From the NCBI GenBank assembly GCA_963716175.1, contig OY970296.1, positions 2,656,001 through 2,720,000 on the forward strand: DNA of 64,000 bases, written 5' to 3'. A program made the position numbers and the translations under genes. A model generated the notes under the pieces. The model was not told the origin of the DNA, did not search any database, and saw only the letters and a list, made by a program, of their open reading frames with translations. Positions within the stretch are counted from its first letter, which is position 1, and each line of letters starts with the position of its first letter. Below are positions 1 to 9,118 of the stretch, in pieces. Source of the stretch: an uncultured Armatimonadetes bacterium. Its GTDB lineage: Bacteria > Armatimonadota > Hebobacteria > Hebobacterales > Hebobacteraceae.

Positions 1-2
1 CC

Positions 3-389
3 GACTTCGGCATGAGCGAGAACCTGGGGCCGATAGCGCTGGGCCGCCGCTACGAGCAGCCCTTCTTGGGCCGGGACATCATGGAGGACCGCAACTACTC
101 CGAGCAAGTGGCCTCGGCCATTGATAAGGAAGTCTCCACCATCATCGAGGACTGCTACCAGCGGGCGAAGCAGCTCTTGGCCGAGCACGCCGACCAGGTG
201 CGGTCGGTGGTGGCCGTGCTGCTCGAGAAGGAGACCCTCGGCGGGGAGGAGATTCGCGCCCTCATGCGCGGCGAGGAACTCCCCACCGCGCGCACCGAGG
301 GCCCGGCGCCGCAGCCTGCTGCGCCCGCGCCGGTCAGCCCTCCCGCCGGCGGCGCGCCGCGCCCCGGCGAACAGCCCCATCCGGCATGA
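3..389 (+). CDS. ftsH: ATP-dependent zinc metalloprotease FtsH, C-terminal part (gene starts before the window)
   Basis: DFGMSENLGP...FLGRD...YSEQVASAIDKEV...LLEKETL is the peptidase M41 C-terminus; frame is open to the window edge. Confidence 0.92.
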   Translation, partial: DFGMSENLGPIALGRRYEQPFLGRDIMEDRNYSEQVASAIDKEVSTIIEDCYQRAKQLLAEHADQVRSVVAVLLEKETLGGEEIRALMRGEELPTARTEGPAPQPAAPAPVSPPAGGAPRPGEQPHPA

Positions 390-790
390 GCCGAGCAGCC
401 CTAGCGCTAGGCTTCCTGCTGGTCTTGGTAGCCTCCGGGATGGCCTATTCCGTAGCGGTGGGCCTGGTGGCTAACGGGCAGCCGGTCGCGGCTGACGTTC
501 CCCCGCAGATTGCCGGCGGCACCGTCTATCTGCCTCTGCGGGTCACAGCCGAGGCCTTGGGGTTGACGGTGGAATGGATCCCGGAGAGCCGCACCGTGGC
601 TCTTTGCATCGGTGGTCGCTGCCGCCCCGTTCGCCTGGACGACCCGCAGACCGGCGCGAGAATCATCAACGGTCGCATCATGCTGCCCCTGCGTAAGGCC
701 GCCGAGCTGCTGAGATGCGAAGTGGCGTGGGATGAAAAGCTCTTCGCCATCCGCGTCACTTCCCCAAAGAAGGCCCCTGGTCAGCGCTGA
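386..790 (+). CDS. Secreted copper amine oxidase N-terminal (stalk) domain protein
   Basis: Signal peptide; two GTVYLPLR/GRIMLPLR...AE.LG..V.W repeats; ATGA overlap with ftsH stop. Confidence 0.75.
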   Translation: MSRAALALGFLLVLVASGMAYSVAVGLVANGQPVAADVPPQIAGGTVYLPLRVTAEALGLTVEWIPESRTVALCIGGRCRPVRLDDPQTGARIINGRIMLPLRKAAELLRCEVAWDEKLFAIRVTSPKKAPGQR

Positions 791-1875
791 GGACCCAGCT
801 CCTTCGCCACCTCCGCGAGCTGCTCCATGATGGGCAGCTTGTTCGGGCACTTGGGCTCGCAGGTCTCGCATCGGGTGCAGGCCTCGGCGCGCTTCTGCTC
901 TTCCATATCGGCGTACTCCTTGCGCGCCCAGTCCGTCAGCCCGTAGACGCGGGCCATGTTGTAGAGGCGGAAGTTCGCCGGGATGTCCACCCCATTCGGG
1001 CAGTCCATGCAGTAGCCGCAGGCCGTGCAGAAGCGATTCCCGATGGCCGAGAACTCATCCAGGATCCGGTTCATGCGGGCGTGGTCCTCGGCGCTGGCGC
1101 CCTCGAAGGCTTCCACCGTAGAGACGTTCTCCTCCAGCATCTCCAGCGTATTCATCCCGGAGCAGGCGCAGCTCACGTCCGGGTTGGCCAGCACGAAGCG
1201 GAGAGCGGCCGCCGCGGTGGTGGCCGCGCCCCCTGGGATCAAGTGCTGCAGCTGCGGGGCGGGGCTGGCCAGCATCCCTCCGCCCACCGGGCACATCACC
1301 ACCACGCCCACCCCCAGCTCGCCGGCGCGCTTGATGGTTGGCGCATGCTCGCGCTCGAGCATGTTGTACGGGATGGTAAGGCTGCCGAAGAGGCCGGTCT
1401 CGATCAGCTTGGTGAAGTTCTCCGGCGCATCGTGCCCGGTGAACCCGATGTGGCCGATCAGACCTTCACCCCGGGCCTTGTGCAGGGCCTCGAGCGCGCC
1501 GCCCTTCTTGGTGAGCAGCTCCAGCTTGTCCAGGCTGAACCATCCCACCTGGAAGAACTCCAGGTAGTCCACCCCCAGGATCTGCATCTGCAGCTCCATC
1601 TCTTTGCGGTAGCTGTCCGCGGTGGTGTCAGCTCTGACTGCGGCCTTGCCCGAGACGATCAGCCCCCGGCTGCGGCCCTTCAACCCACCGGCCACCAGAT
1701 GCTGGCAGCGGCCGTTGATGTAGCCGCGCGTGGTTTCGAAGTAGTTGACGCCCGCGGCGATGGCGGCGTCCACGACCTGGGCTGACAGCTCCGGATCGTG
1801 CTCCGGTAGCCGCATGCATCCCATCGCCAGCGCGGATACCTGCAGCCCGGTCTTGCCGAGAGGACGGTACTTCAT
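781..1875 (-). CDS. Aldo/keto reductase with C-terminal 4Fe-4S dicluster domain
   Basis: MKYRPLGKTGLQVSALAMGCMRLP start; CTACGYCMDCP and CTRCETCEPKCP motifs. Confidence 0.88.
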   Translation of the reverse strand: MKYRPLGKTGLQVSALAMGCMRLPEHDPELSAQVVDAAIAAGVNYFETTRGYINGRCQHLVAGGLKGRSRGLIVSGKAAVRADTTADSYRKEMELQMQILGVDYLEFFQVGWFSLDKLELLTKKGGALEALHKARGEGLIGHIGFTGHDAPENFTKLIETGLFGSLTIPYNMLEREHAPTIKRAGELGVGVVVMCPVGGGMLASPAPQLQHLIPGGAATTAAAALRFVLANPDVSCACSGMNTLEMLEENVSTVEAFEGASAEDHARMNRILDEFSAIGNRFCTACGYCMDCPNGVDIPANFRLYNMARVYGLTDWARKEYADMEEQKRAEACTRCETCEPKCPNKLPIMEQLAEVAKELGPQR

Positions 1876-2043
1876 CACACACCTCTTTTCCCACTCAGTG
1901 AAATCGCTCAGCTCCTCACGATTTCGACGTACCCACCGGGCTCTCCTGGCGTGCCGTGTCGGCTGCCTCATGATTCCCTGCAGGGTTCGCGGGCCGTGGG
2001 AGCACAAGAGGGGGCTGATGTCACGTGCTCGATAGGAGGTCAC

Positions 2044-2484
2044 ATGGACTACACAGCCGGCAGCCTCGGGCGGGTATTCGTGGCCCGCCTGCAAGATGGC
2101 GAATCGGTCTACGCCGCCGTGCACGAGATCGCACGCCGGGAGGCAGTTTCGTCGGCCCTGGTGTTAGCGCTGGGAGGCATGCGCAGCGGGAAGGTGGTCA
2201 CGGGCCCGGAGCGCCCGACCGGGAAAGTGGTGCCCCACATAGAGGCCTTCGATGACGCCCGCGAGCTGGCGGGGGTTGGCACGCTCTTCCCCCAGGAAGG
2301 CGCCCCCTCGCTGCACTTCCACGCCGCCATCGGCCGCGGCGATTCCGCCCTGGTCGGATGCCCGCGGGTGGAGATGTCTGTCTATCTCGTGCTCGAGGTC
2401 ATCATCATCGAGTTGCTGGGCATCAACGCGCAGCGGACACTGGACCTCGTTTCTGGTCTGCACCTGCTCAGCATCGTCGGGTAG
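2044..2484 (+). CDS. PPC/DUF296 domain protein
   Basis: GRVFVARLQDGE, GVGTLF, LHFHAAIG motifs; AGGAGG RBS before ATG 2044. Confidence 0.8.
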   Translation: MDYTAGSLGRVFVARLQDGESVYAAVHEIARREAVSSALVLALGGMRSGKVVTGPERPTGKVVPHIEAFDDARELAGVGTLFPQEGAPSLHFHAAIGRGDSALVGCPRVEMSVYLVLEVIIIELLGINAQRTLDLVSGLHLLSIVG

Positions 2485-2626
2485 TCCAGACGAGGAGAAC
2501 GGCCGACAGCCTGCGTCTGACCGGGAGGGACCGCCGGCCGCGGAGCGAACATATCGGAGCGCCTCCGCCATGGGCCGGCCGCGAGCGGCCTTGGGCGGAG
2601 GCGGTCGCTGTGGCGGAGGGAACCGC

Positions 2627-3787
2627 GTGAATCGCAATGTGAAGGTCGTGCTCGCCGTCTCGGTGCTCTTCGGCACTACCACCGGCATCTACGAGTTCGT
2701 CCTGCCCTACTACCTGAGGCAGCGGGGCATCTCATTCGAGAGCATGGGCGTCATCTTCGCCACCGCCGCCGCCGGTATGCTGGTGGTGCGAATCGCGATG
2801 GGCCGGCTGGCCAATCGCTGGGGCCGGAAGCTGTTCTACAGTCTCTCCCTGGGTGGAAGCGCGGTGGCCATGGGCCTCACCCCGCTCAGCGCGTCGGTCT
2901 GGGGGCTGTCGGTGCTGAAGACGCTGCGGGAGGCGATGGCTCTCACCCGCGACGTGCTTCACCCGGTGATCCTCTATGAGGAAAGCCGCGGCCAGTTCAT
3001 GAACTTCATCGGCAAGACCCGGGGCTTCGAGTTCCTCTTCCAGGCCGCGGGCACCGTGATCTCCGGGGTGACTTTCACCACGCTGGGGACCGGGGGAAAC
3101 CTGCTTCTGGCCGCAGGCCTGACGGCCTGCGCCTTCTTCGTGTTCTGGATCATCTTCCGGGAACGATGGATCCCCCATCAGCGCCTCGGTCCGGGCGGGC
3201 TGAGAGAGCTGCTTTCCTTCCACATGCACCGCAACCTCAAGATCATCACCCTCTCGATCTTCATCTTCAACATCGGCATGACTACCAGCCACTGCTTCAT
3301 CATGCCCCTTTTCTTCTCTGTGAAGTTCGGCGTGAGACCGGAGACGGTGGCCTGGGTGATGGTGGGACACCGGCTCACCATCGCGCTGCCCCTGCTGCTC
3401 GCCGGCACCATGGCGATGCGCAACCTCAAGGGTGTATACATCTTCGCGCTCAGCCTGGAGGGCGCGATCCAGGCGGCCTCGGCACTGATCCCGAACTTCT
3501 ATGGGGCGGCCTGGGTGTGGCTGCTGCACGATCTGCTGGGGGCTGGGGTCTGGATCCCGGTGCAGAACCTGATCATCCAGGAGCACACTCGGCCGGAGAA
3601 CCGCGCCCTGGAGGTGGGCAAGATTCTCGCCTTCAGCGGCACCGGCACCATCCTGGGCCCGTTCCTGGCAGGTTATCTCACACAGCAGGTCAGCATCAGC
3701 GCGCCCTACTTCGTCAGCGGAGTGGGGATGATGCTGGCCGTGATCCCTCTGGCGTGGCTGCGACTGGAGAGCCAGCAGCGGGCTTGA
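2627..3787 (+). CDS. MFS transporter
   Basis: About 12 hydrophobic segments; motif A-like GRLANRWGRK; GTG start after GGAGG. Confidence 0.85.
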   Translation: MNRNVKVVLAVSVLFGTTTGIYEFVLPYYLRQRGISFESMGVIFATAAAGMLVVRIAMGRLANRWGRKLFYSLSLGGSAVAMGLTPLSASVWGLSVLKTLREAMALTRDVLHPVILYEESRGQFMNFIGKTRGFEFLFQAAGTVISGVTFTTLGTGGNLLLAAGLTACAFFVFWIIFRERWIPHQRLGPGGLRELLSFHMHRNLKIITLSIFIFNIGMTTSHCFIMPLFFSVKFGVRPETVAWVMVGHRLTIALPLLLAGTMAMRNLKGVYIFALSLEGAIQAASALIPNFYGAAWVWLLHDLLGAGVWIPVQNLIIQEHTRPENRALEVGKILAFSGTGTILGPFLAGYLTQQVSISAPYFVSGVGMMLAVIPLAWLRLESQQRA

Positions 3788-3790
3788 CGC

Positions 3791-3819
3791 TTGTACCCTC
3801 CCGCTGGATATGCTAGAAT
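3791..3819 (+). promoter_or_regulatory. Sigma70-type promoter for the T-box/valS leader
   Basis: TTGTAC-17 nt-TAGAAT with extended -10 TGn. Confidence 0.6.
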
Positions 3820-3849
3820 CCGCTTGACGCTTGCACCAGCATCGGCAAC

Positions 3850-4107
3850 GGCTGAGACGGGGAGGAGTACCTGCCCACCACCTGTCAGAGAGGCGGGCTC
3901 TTAGGCTGAAAGGCCCGTTCAGGCAGGAGCAGGGAAGGTCGCCTCGGAGCTGAACTGCGAAGTCCCGCCCAGGCGGACGAAGCAGTTCCGGGTACGCCCG
4001 TTAGCGCGCATGAGCCCTGCTCCGCTCCGGACAACGGAGCTTCGCAGGGGAATCAAGGTGGTACCACGAGATCCCTCTCGTCCTTGGACGGGAGGGTATT
4101 CGTTTAT
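3850..4107 (+). ncRNA. T-box riboswitch (Val specifier)
   Basis: AGTA S-turn 3866-3869, CAGAGAG and GCTGAAA stem I motifs, GAAg-GTC specifier 3938-3940, T-box AATCAAGGTGGTACCACG 4051-4068, terminator hairpin; directly upstream of valS. Confidence 0.92.
4073..4107 (+). terminator. T-box leader terminator hairpin
   Basis: CCCTCTCGTC-cttg-GACGGGAGGG followed by T-rich TATTCGTTTAT. Confidence 0.7.
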
Positions 4108-4115
4108 GTGGGGGC

Positions 4116-4140
4116 GGGGCAGGTCGCGGACCTGCCCTAC
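4116..4140 (-). repeat. GTAG-type REP-like palindrome, copy 1
   Basis: Reverse complement GTAGGGCAGGTCCGCGACCTGCCCC is identical to 50830-50854 and one mismatch from 56078-56101. Confidence 0.8.
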
Positions 4141-4164
4141 GCGGAGGCCGGGAGGGAGGAGCAG

Positions 4165-6867
4165 ATGGGGAGAGCGGAGCTAGCCAAAGCCTATGAGCCG
4201 CACGAGGTGGAGCGGCGGTGGTATGAACACTGGCAGTCGCGCGGCTATTTCCGCCTGACCCCGGCGGCCGCGCGCCCGGGCGCGCCCGCCTTCTGCATCA
4301 CCATCCCTCCCCCCAATGTCACCGGGTCGCTGCATATGGGGCACGCCCTCCAGCACAGCATCCACGATGCTATCGCCCGCTGGCGCCGGCTGTGCGGAGA
4401 TCGGGTGCTGGTGGTCCCAGGCACCGACCACGCCGCCATCTCTACCAACATGAAGGTCGAGCAGGCGCTGGCCGAGGAGGGGGTCTCCCGCCGCGAGATC
4501 GGTCGGGAGGCCTTCCTGGAGCGCTGCTGGGATTGGACGCGCCGCTATGGAGGCGAGATCATCACCCAGCTCAAGGCCTTGGGCTGCTCTTACGACTGGG
4601 ATCGGGAGCGTTTCACCCTGGATGACGGCTACTACCGGGCCGTGCTCCTGGCTTTCGTGCACTTCTACCAGCGCGGCTGGATCTACCGGGGACACCGCGT
4701 GGTGAATTGGTGCCCGGCCTGCCTTTCCACGGTGTCCGACCTGGAGGTGGAGCACAGGGACCAGTCCGGCCATCTCTGGTACGTCCGCTATCCGCTCATT
4801 GGCGAGGAGGGCGCGGTGGTGGTTGCCACCACGCGACCAGAGACCATGCTCGGCGATACCGCGGTGGCGGTGCACCCCCAGGACGCGCGCTATCGCCACC
4901 TCCACGGCAAGCAGGTGATGCTGCCCCTGATGAACCGCCCCCTGCCCATCATCTGCGACGACGTGCTCGTGGACCCCAAGTTCGGCACGGGCGCGGTGAA
5001 GGTGACGCCGGCCCACGACCTCAACGACTTCGAGGCCGGTCAGCGCAACCAGCTCGCCTCAGTCGTCGTAATCGGCACCGATGCCAGGATGACGGCTGAG
5101 GCCGGGCCTTACGCCGGCCTCGACCGCTACCAGGCGCGGGAGCGAGTCCTCGCCGACCTCGAAGCTCAGGGGTTGCTGGAGAAGACCGAGGACTACACCT
5201 ATCCCGTGGGCCGTCACAACACCTGCCGCACGGTGCTGGAGCCGCTGCTCTCGGAGCAGTGGTTCCTGCGCATGGAGGAGCTGGCCCGTCTTGCCCTGGG
5301 GGTGCTGCGGGATGAGGGGCTACAGATCGAGTACCGGCCCGACCGCTTCCGCCGGTACACCCTGGACTGGCTGGAGAACCTGCGAGACTGGAACATCTCG
5401 CGCCAGATCTGGTGGGGGCACCGCATCCCGGTCTACTACTGCCGCCGCTGCCAGCGCACCCTGGTGCAGGTGGAGCCGCCCAGCCGGTGCGACCAGTGCC
5501 AGGGCGAGGTGGAGCAGGACCCCGACACCCTGGATACCTGGTTTTCCTCGGCACTGTGGCCCTTTGCCGTGCTCGGCTGGCCGGATCAGGATCAGCTCAG
5601 CGCGGCCAAGCAGGAGGGCATCTACCCCACGTCCCTGATGATCACCGCCCGCGACATCCTCTACCTCTGGATCGTGCGCATGGTCATGACCAGTCTGGAG
5701 TTCACGGGCGAGATTCCCTTCCACCAGGTGCTGGTCCATCCCACTGTGCTCAACTTGGAGGGCCGGCGGATGAGCAAGTCCCTGGGCACGGGCGTGGACC
5801 CGCTGGAGCTGATTGGCCAGTACGGCTCCGACGCCACCCGCTTCAGCCTGCTCTACCAGTGCGCCTCCGACCAGGACCTGCGGTTCAGCGAAGAGCGCAC
5901 CGAGATGGCGCGCAACTTCTGCAACAAGATCTGGAATGCCAGCCGGTTCGTGCTCATGAACCTGGGGGAGGATTTCAGCCCTGACCGCGATGCTCCAGAC
6001 CACATCAGAGCCGAGGGGTCGCTGGTCGAGCGCTGGGTTCTCAGCCGCTACCGCGCCATGCTCGCGGCGGTGCAGGCGGCCCTCGCCCAGTACGAGATGG
6101 CCGATGCCGCCCGCGCCATCTACACCTTCTTCTGGTCTGAGTTCTGCGACTGGTTTGTGGAGATGAGCAAACCGGCCCTAAGGGCAGGAGGGGCAGAGGC
6201 GGAGCGCGCCCGCCAGGCGCTCTGCTTCGTGCTGGAGGGCACGCTGCGCGCGCTGCATCCCTTCATGCCCTTCATCACGGAGGAGATCTGGCAGCAGCTT
6301 CCGGCGACAGGTGACTCCGTCATGGTCGCCTCCTGGCCGCAGGGCGATCTCTCCTGGCTGGACGAGCAGGCAGAGCGCGAGATGGAGGCGCTGATGCAAG
6401 TGGTAGTGGCGGCGCGGAAGCTGCGCGCCAGCCAGAACATACCGGCCGCGCGGAAGGTCAGCCTCACTATCGCCACCGGATCAGAGCCAGTGGGCCAGGT
6501 GCTGAAAGCCAACCAGGCGGCGGTGCTGCTGCTGACCGGGGGGCGGGAGCTGAGCCTGCCGCCGGATGGCGGCGCCCAGCCCACCCTGGCCGAGGTGGTC
6601 TACTGCCTCGGGGAGAGAGTCGTGGTCTCCGTCGCCGTGGAGGCGTCCGCGGAGGAGCTGTCCGCCCAGCGTGTCCGACTGGAGCGCGATCTGGCCCGCC
6701 TGCAGCAGGAGGAGGCACGCCTGGCTCAGAAGCTCCAGAGCGCTGAGTTCCTCGCCCGTGCCCCCCAGCCTGTGATTGAGCGCGCCCGTGGTCAGTACTC
6801 CGAGGTGCAAGCGCGCCGCAAGACGGCCGAGGCGCAGCTAGCAGGGATCCGGGAGGCTTTGGCCTGA
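4165..6867 (+). CDS. valS: Valine--tRNA ligase
   Basis: PPPNVTGSLHMGH (HIGH), DWNISRQIWWGHRIP, RMSKS (KMSKS), C-terminal coiled coil; strong RBS; Val T-box. Confidence 0.98.
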   Translation: MGRAELAKAYEPHEVERRWYEHWQSRGYFRLTPAAARPGAPAFCITIPPPNVTGSLHMGHALQHSIHDAIARWRRLCGDRVLVVPGTDHAAISTNMKVEQALAEEGVSRREIGREAFLERCWDWTRRYGGEIITQLKALGCSYDWDRERFTLDDGYYRAVLLAFVHFYQRGWIYRGHRVVNWCPACLSTVSDLEVEHRDQSGHLWYVRYPLIGEEGAVVVATTRPETMLGDTAVAVHPQDARYRHLHGKQVMLPLMNRPLPIICDDVLVDPKFGTGAVKVTPAHDLNDFEAGQRNQLASVVVIGTDARMTAEAGPYAGLDRYQARERVLADLEAQGLLEKTEDYTYPVGRHNTCRTVLEPLLSEQWFLRMEELARLALGVLRDEGLQIEYRPDRFRRYTLDWLENLRDWNISRQIWWGHRIPVYYCRRCQRTLVQVEPPSRCDQCQGEVEQDPDTLDTWFSSALWPFAVLGWPDQDQLSAAKQEGIYPTSLMITARDILYLWIVRMVMTSLEFTGEIPFHQVLVHPTVLNLEGRRMSKSLGTGVDPLELIGQYGSDATRFSLLYQCASDQDLRFSEERTEMARNFCNKIWNASRFVLMNLGEDFSPDRDAPDHIRAEGSLVERWVLSRYRAMLAAVQAALAQYEMADAARAIYTFFWSEFCDWFVEMSKPALRAGGAEAERARQALCFVLEGTLRALHPFMPFITEEIWQQLPATGDSVMVASWPQGDLSWLDEQAEREMEALMQVVVAARKLRASQNIPAARKVSLTIATGSEPVGQVLKANQAAVLLLTGGRELSLPPDGGAQPTLAEVVYCLGERVVVSVAVEASAEELSAQRVRLERDLARLQQEEARLAQKLQSAEFLARAPQPVIERARGQYSEVQARRKTAEAQLAGIREALA

Positions 6868-6961
6868 TTTCCGGCATCGGAATCAGGCAGAGAGTTTGGG
6901 CCAGCTCGGTAAATGGGAATCAATACAGCGGACGAGTGGCCGACGAGGGGCGTTTGAACCG

Positions 6962-8098
6962 GTGGATTATTCGACCTTCGACAGCTACATGACTTCCGTC
7001 ACCGCCGCCATATACTGGACGCTGGTGGCATGCTGGCTGTTCATCGTGGTCTTCTACGGGCGCCAGTACCTGCGTTTGAAGCGCGTCCATCCCATGCTCA
7101 CCACCTTGCTGATCGTCCTCTTCATTGATGGCAGCCGCACCCTGATCGAAAGCGTATACTTCGGTGTCCGCTACAGCGCCCAGGTGGGCATGCTGCGGTC
7201 CAGCCTCTACACCCTACTCAGCCACCCCTACTACGTGGCCATTCCCAAGGCGATCAACCTGGTCGCGGCTCTGGTGATCATCCTGGTGATTGTGCGCCGC
7301 TGGTTCTTCAGCCTGGAGCGGGAGGACCACCAGCGACGGGCGGCAGAGCAGTTTCGGTCAGAGCTGATCTCGCTCGCCTCCCACGAGCTGCGCGCGCCCC
7401 TCACCTCCATCCGGGGCTATGCCCATACTCTGGTGAGGGAGTTCGGCCGCCTGGGAGAGGAGACCCAGCGGGAGTTCCTGGAGGGCATCGCCTCCGAGTC
7501 GGAGCGGCTCAGCCACCTGGTCTCCGACCTGCTGGACATGAGCCAGATCGAGGAGGGGAAGCTGCGCATCGAGCGCCGCGCGGTCACCCCTCAGCAGCTC
7601 TGCGCAGAGGCCGTGCGCAGCGCCAGCCACCCCGATCTCAGGCATGTCTTCCGCACCGAAGTCGAACCCGGTCTGCCCGACGTGCTGGCCGACCCTGGGC
7701 GCATCCGCCAGGTGCTGGCCAACCTGGTCAGCAATGCCACCAAGTTCTCCCCGGAGGGGAGCGAGATCACGGTCGGGTCTCGCCGGAACCACGACTCGGT
7801 GGAGTTCTACGTCTCGGACCGCGGGGTCGGCATCCCGCGGGAGGAGCAGAGCAAGCTCTTCTCCCGGTTCCATCGCGCCGCCAACGCCCACAACCCGGAC
7901 GCCCCGGGCGCCGGGCTCGGCCTCTACATCAGCAAGGCGATCGTTGAGTCCCACGGCGGGAAGATGGGTTTCGAGAGCGAGCTGGGCCGGGGCAGCAGCT
8001 TCTCCTTTTTCCTGCCCACGGTGGAGGGGAAGGTGCGCGCCGAGGTGGCCGCACCCGTGGTCCGCGCCGGAAAAGCCGAGCGGGCCCGCGAGACCTGA
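6962..8098 (+). CDS. Membrane sensor histidine kinase (HisKA + HATPase_c)
   Basis: Three N-terminal TM segments; SHELRAPLT H-box, NLVSNATKFS, DRGVGI, GAGLGL; start uncertain. Confidence 0.9.
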   Translation: MDYSTFDSYMTSVTAAIYWTLVACWLFIVVFYGRQYLRLKRVHPMLTTLLIVLFIDGSRTLIESVYFGVRYSAQVGMLRSSLYTLLSHPYYVAIPKAINLVAALVIILVIVRRWFFSLEREDHQRRAAEQFRSELISLASHELRAPLTSIRGYAHTLVREFGRLGEETQREFLEGIASESERLSHLVSDLLDMSQIEEGKLRIERRAVTPQQLCAEAVRSASHPDLRHVFRTEVEPGLPDVLADPGRIRQVLANLVSNATKFSPEGSEITVGSRRNHDSVEFYVSDRGVGIPREEQSKLFSRFHRAANAHNPDAPGAGLGLYISKAIVESHGGKMGFESELGRGSSFSFFLPTVEGKVRAEVAAPVVRAGKAERARET

Positions 8099-8146
8099 TC
8101 TCCATCCTTCGACACCGGCGCCGTGAAGAGCGCTGGGCCCTCGCCG

Positions 8147-8749
8147 CTACCTCTTCGCCGCCGTGCTATCCCAGCGGGCGCGCGATGTTATCAGCCAGGA
8201 CATCACGAAGAGCCGGAAATCCAGCCAGAGACTGCGATGGCGGAGGTAGTAGAAGTCATACTTCAGCTTCTCGGCGGCCTCCGTGTGATAGCGCCCGTAG
8301 ACCTGGGCCACTCCGGTGAGACCAGGACGCACCTGATGGCGCAAGTGGTACCCCGGGATTTCCCTCAGGAAGCGCTGCACGAACTCCGGCCTTTCCGGGC
8401 GAGGACCCACCCAGCTCATGTCTCCCTTGAAGATGCTGAGGAGCTGTGGTACCTCGTCCAGGGCTGTCCTGCGCAGGAGGCGGCCCACCCGCGTGATCCT
8501 GGGGTCATCCACCGCCGCCAGCCGCGGCCCAGATCCCTTCTCGGCCTCTCGGATCATGGAGCGGAACTTGTAGGCGCCGAAGATCCGCCCGCCCCGGCCC
8601 ACCCGCGTCTGGCGATAGAGAATAGGCCGCCCATCCTCCAGCAGGATGGCCGCGCCGACCGCCAGCCAGCAGGGGATGGAGGCGGCCAGCGCGAAGCCTG
8701 CGACCAGCATATCGAGGGCTCTCTTCAGTGCGTCGTTCAGCTTCGCCAT
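8147..8749 (-). CDS. Bacterial sugar transferase (PglC/WbaP-type phosphoglycosyltransferase)
   Basis: KRALD, YKFRSM, LDEVPQL, GPRPERP, PGLTGVAQV motifs. Confidence 0.92.
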   Translation of the reverse strand: MAKLNDALKRALDMLVAGFALAASIPCWLAVGAAILLEDGRPILYRQTRVGRGGRIFGAYKFRSMIREAEKGSGPRLAAVDDPRITRVGRLLRRTALDEVPQLLSIFKGDMSWVGPRPERPEFVQRFLREIPGYHLRHQVRPGLTGVAQVYGRYHTEAAEKLKYDFYYLRHRSLWLDFRLFVMSWLITSRARWDSTAAKR

Positions 8750-8754
8750 GGTCT

Positions 8755-8801
8755 TGGCTAGGCCCCTCGCGCCGCCGGGGCGGCCGCTATGGGCGACCTA
8801 G
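8755..8801. repeat. CTAG-type palindromic repeat (degenerate)
   Basis: TGGCTAGGCCC...GGCGACCTAG resembles 20164-20262 and 44170-44225. Confidence 0.45.
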
Positions 8802-9118
8802 GGGTTGGCTGAACTGCAGCCAGCCGGACCTGGAACGGCCCCATCTAACATCAGTTCGGCTGATGTCGCTGGCGGTCCTGCCTTCAGCGGAGATCAGGCC
8901 AGGGCGATCGCGGTATCGGCCCGAGCCGTCGCTGAGCCCGGCCCGGTCGCCTGGGCAGGAAGTGCCAGCCGGAGCGCCGTATCACAGCTATGAAGGCTGC
9001 ATCAAGACTCGGCGAGCCCTCGCTCGCCGCAGGCGCGTTGGCCTCGATGCAGCCCGGTTGCGGCCTCTGTTAGGGAACCGCGGGACTCGGTCGGCGGGGA
9101 AGCGAGTGGAGGTTAGCA

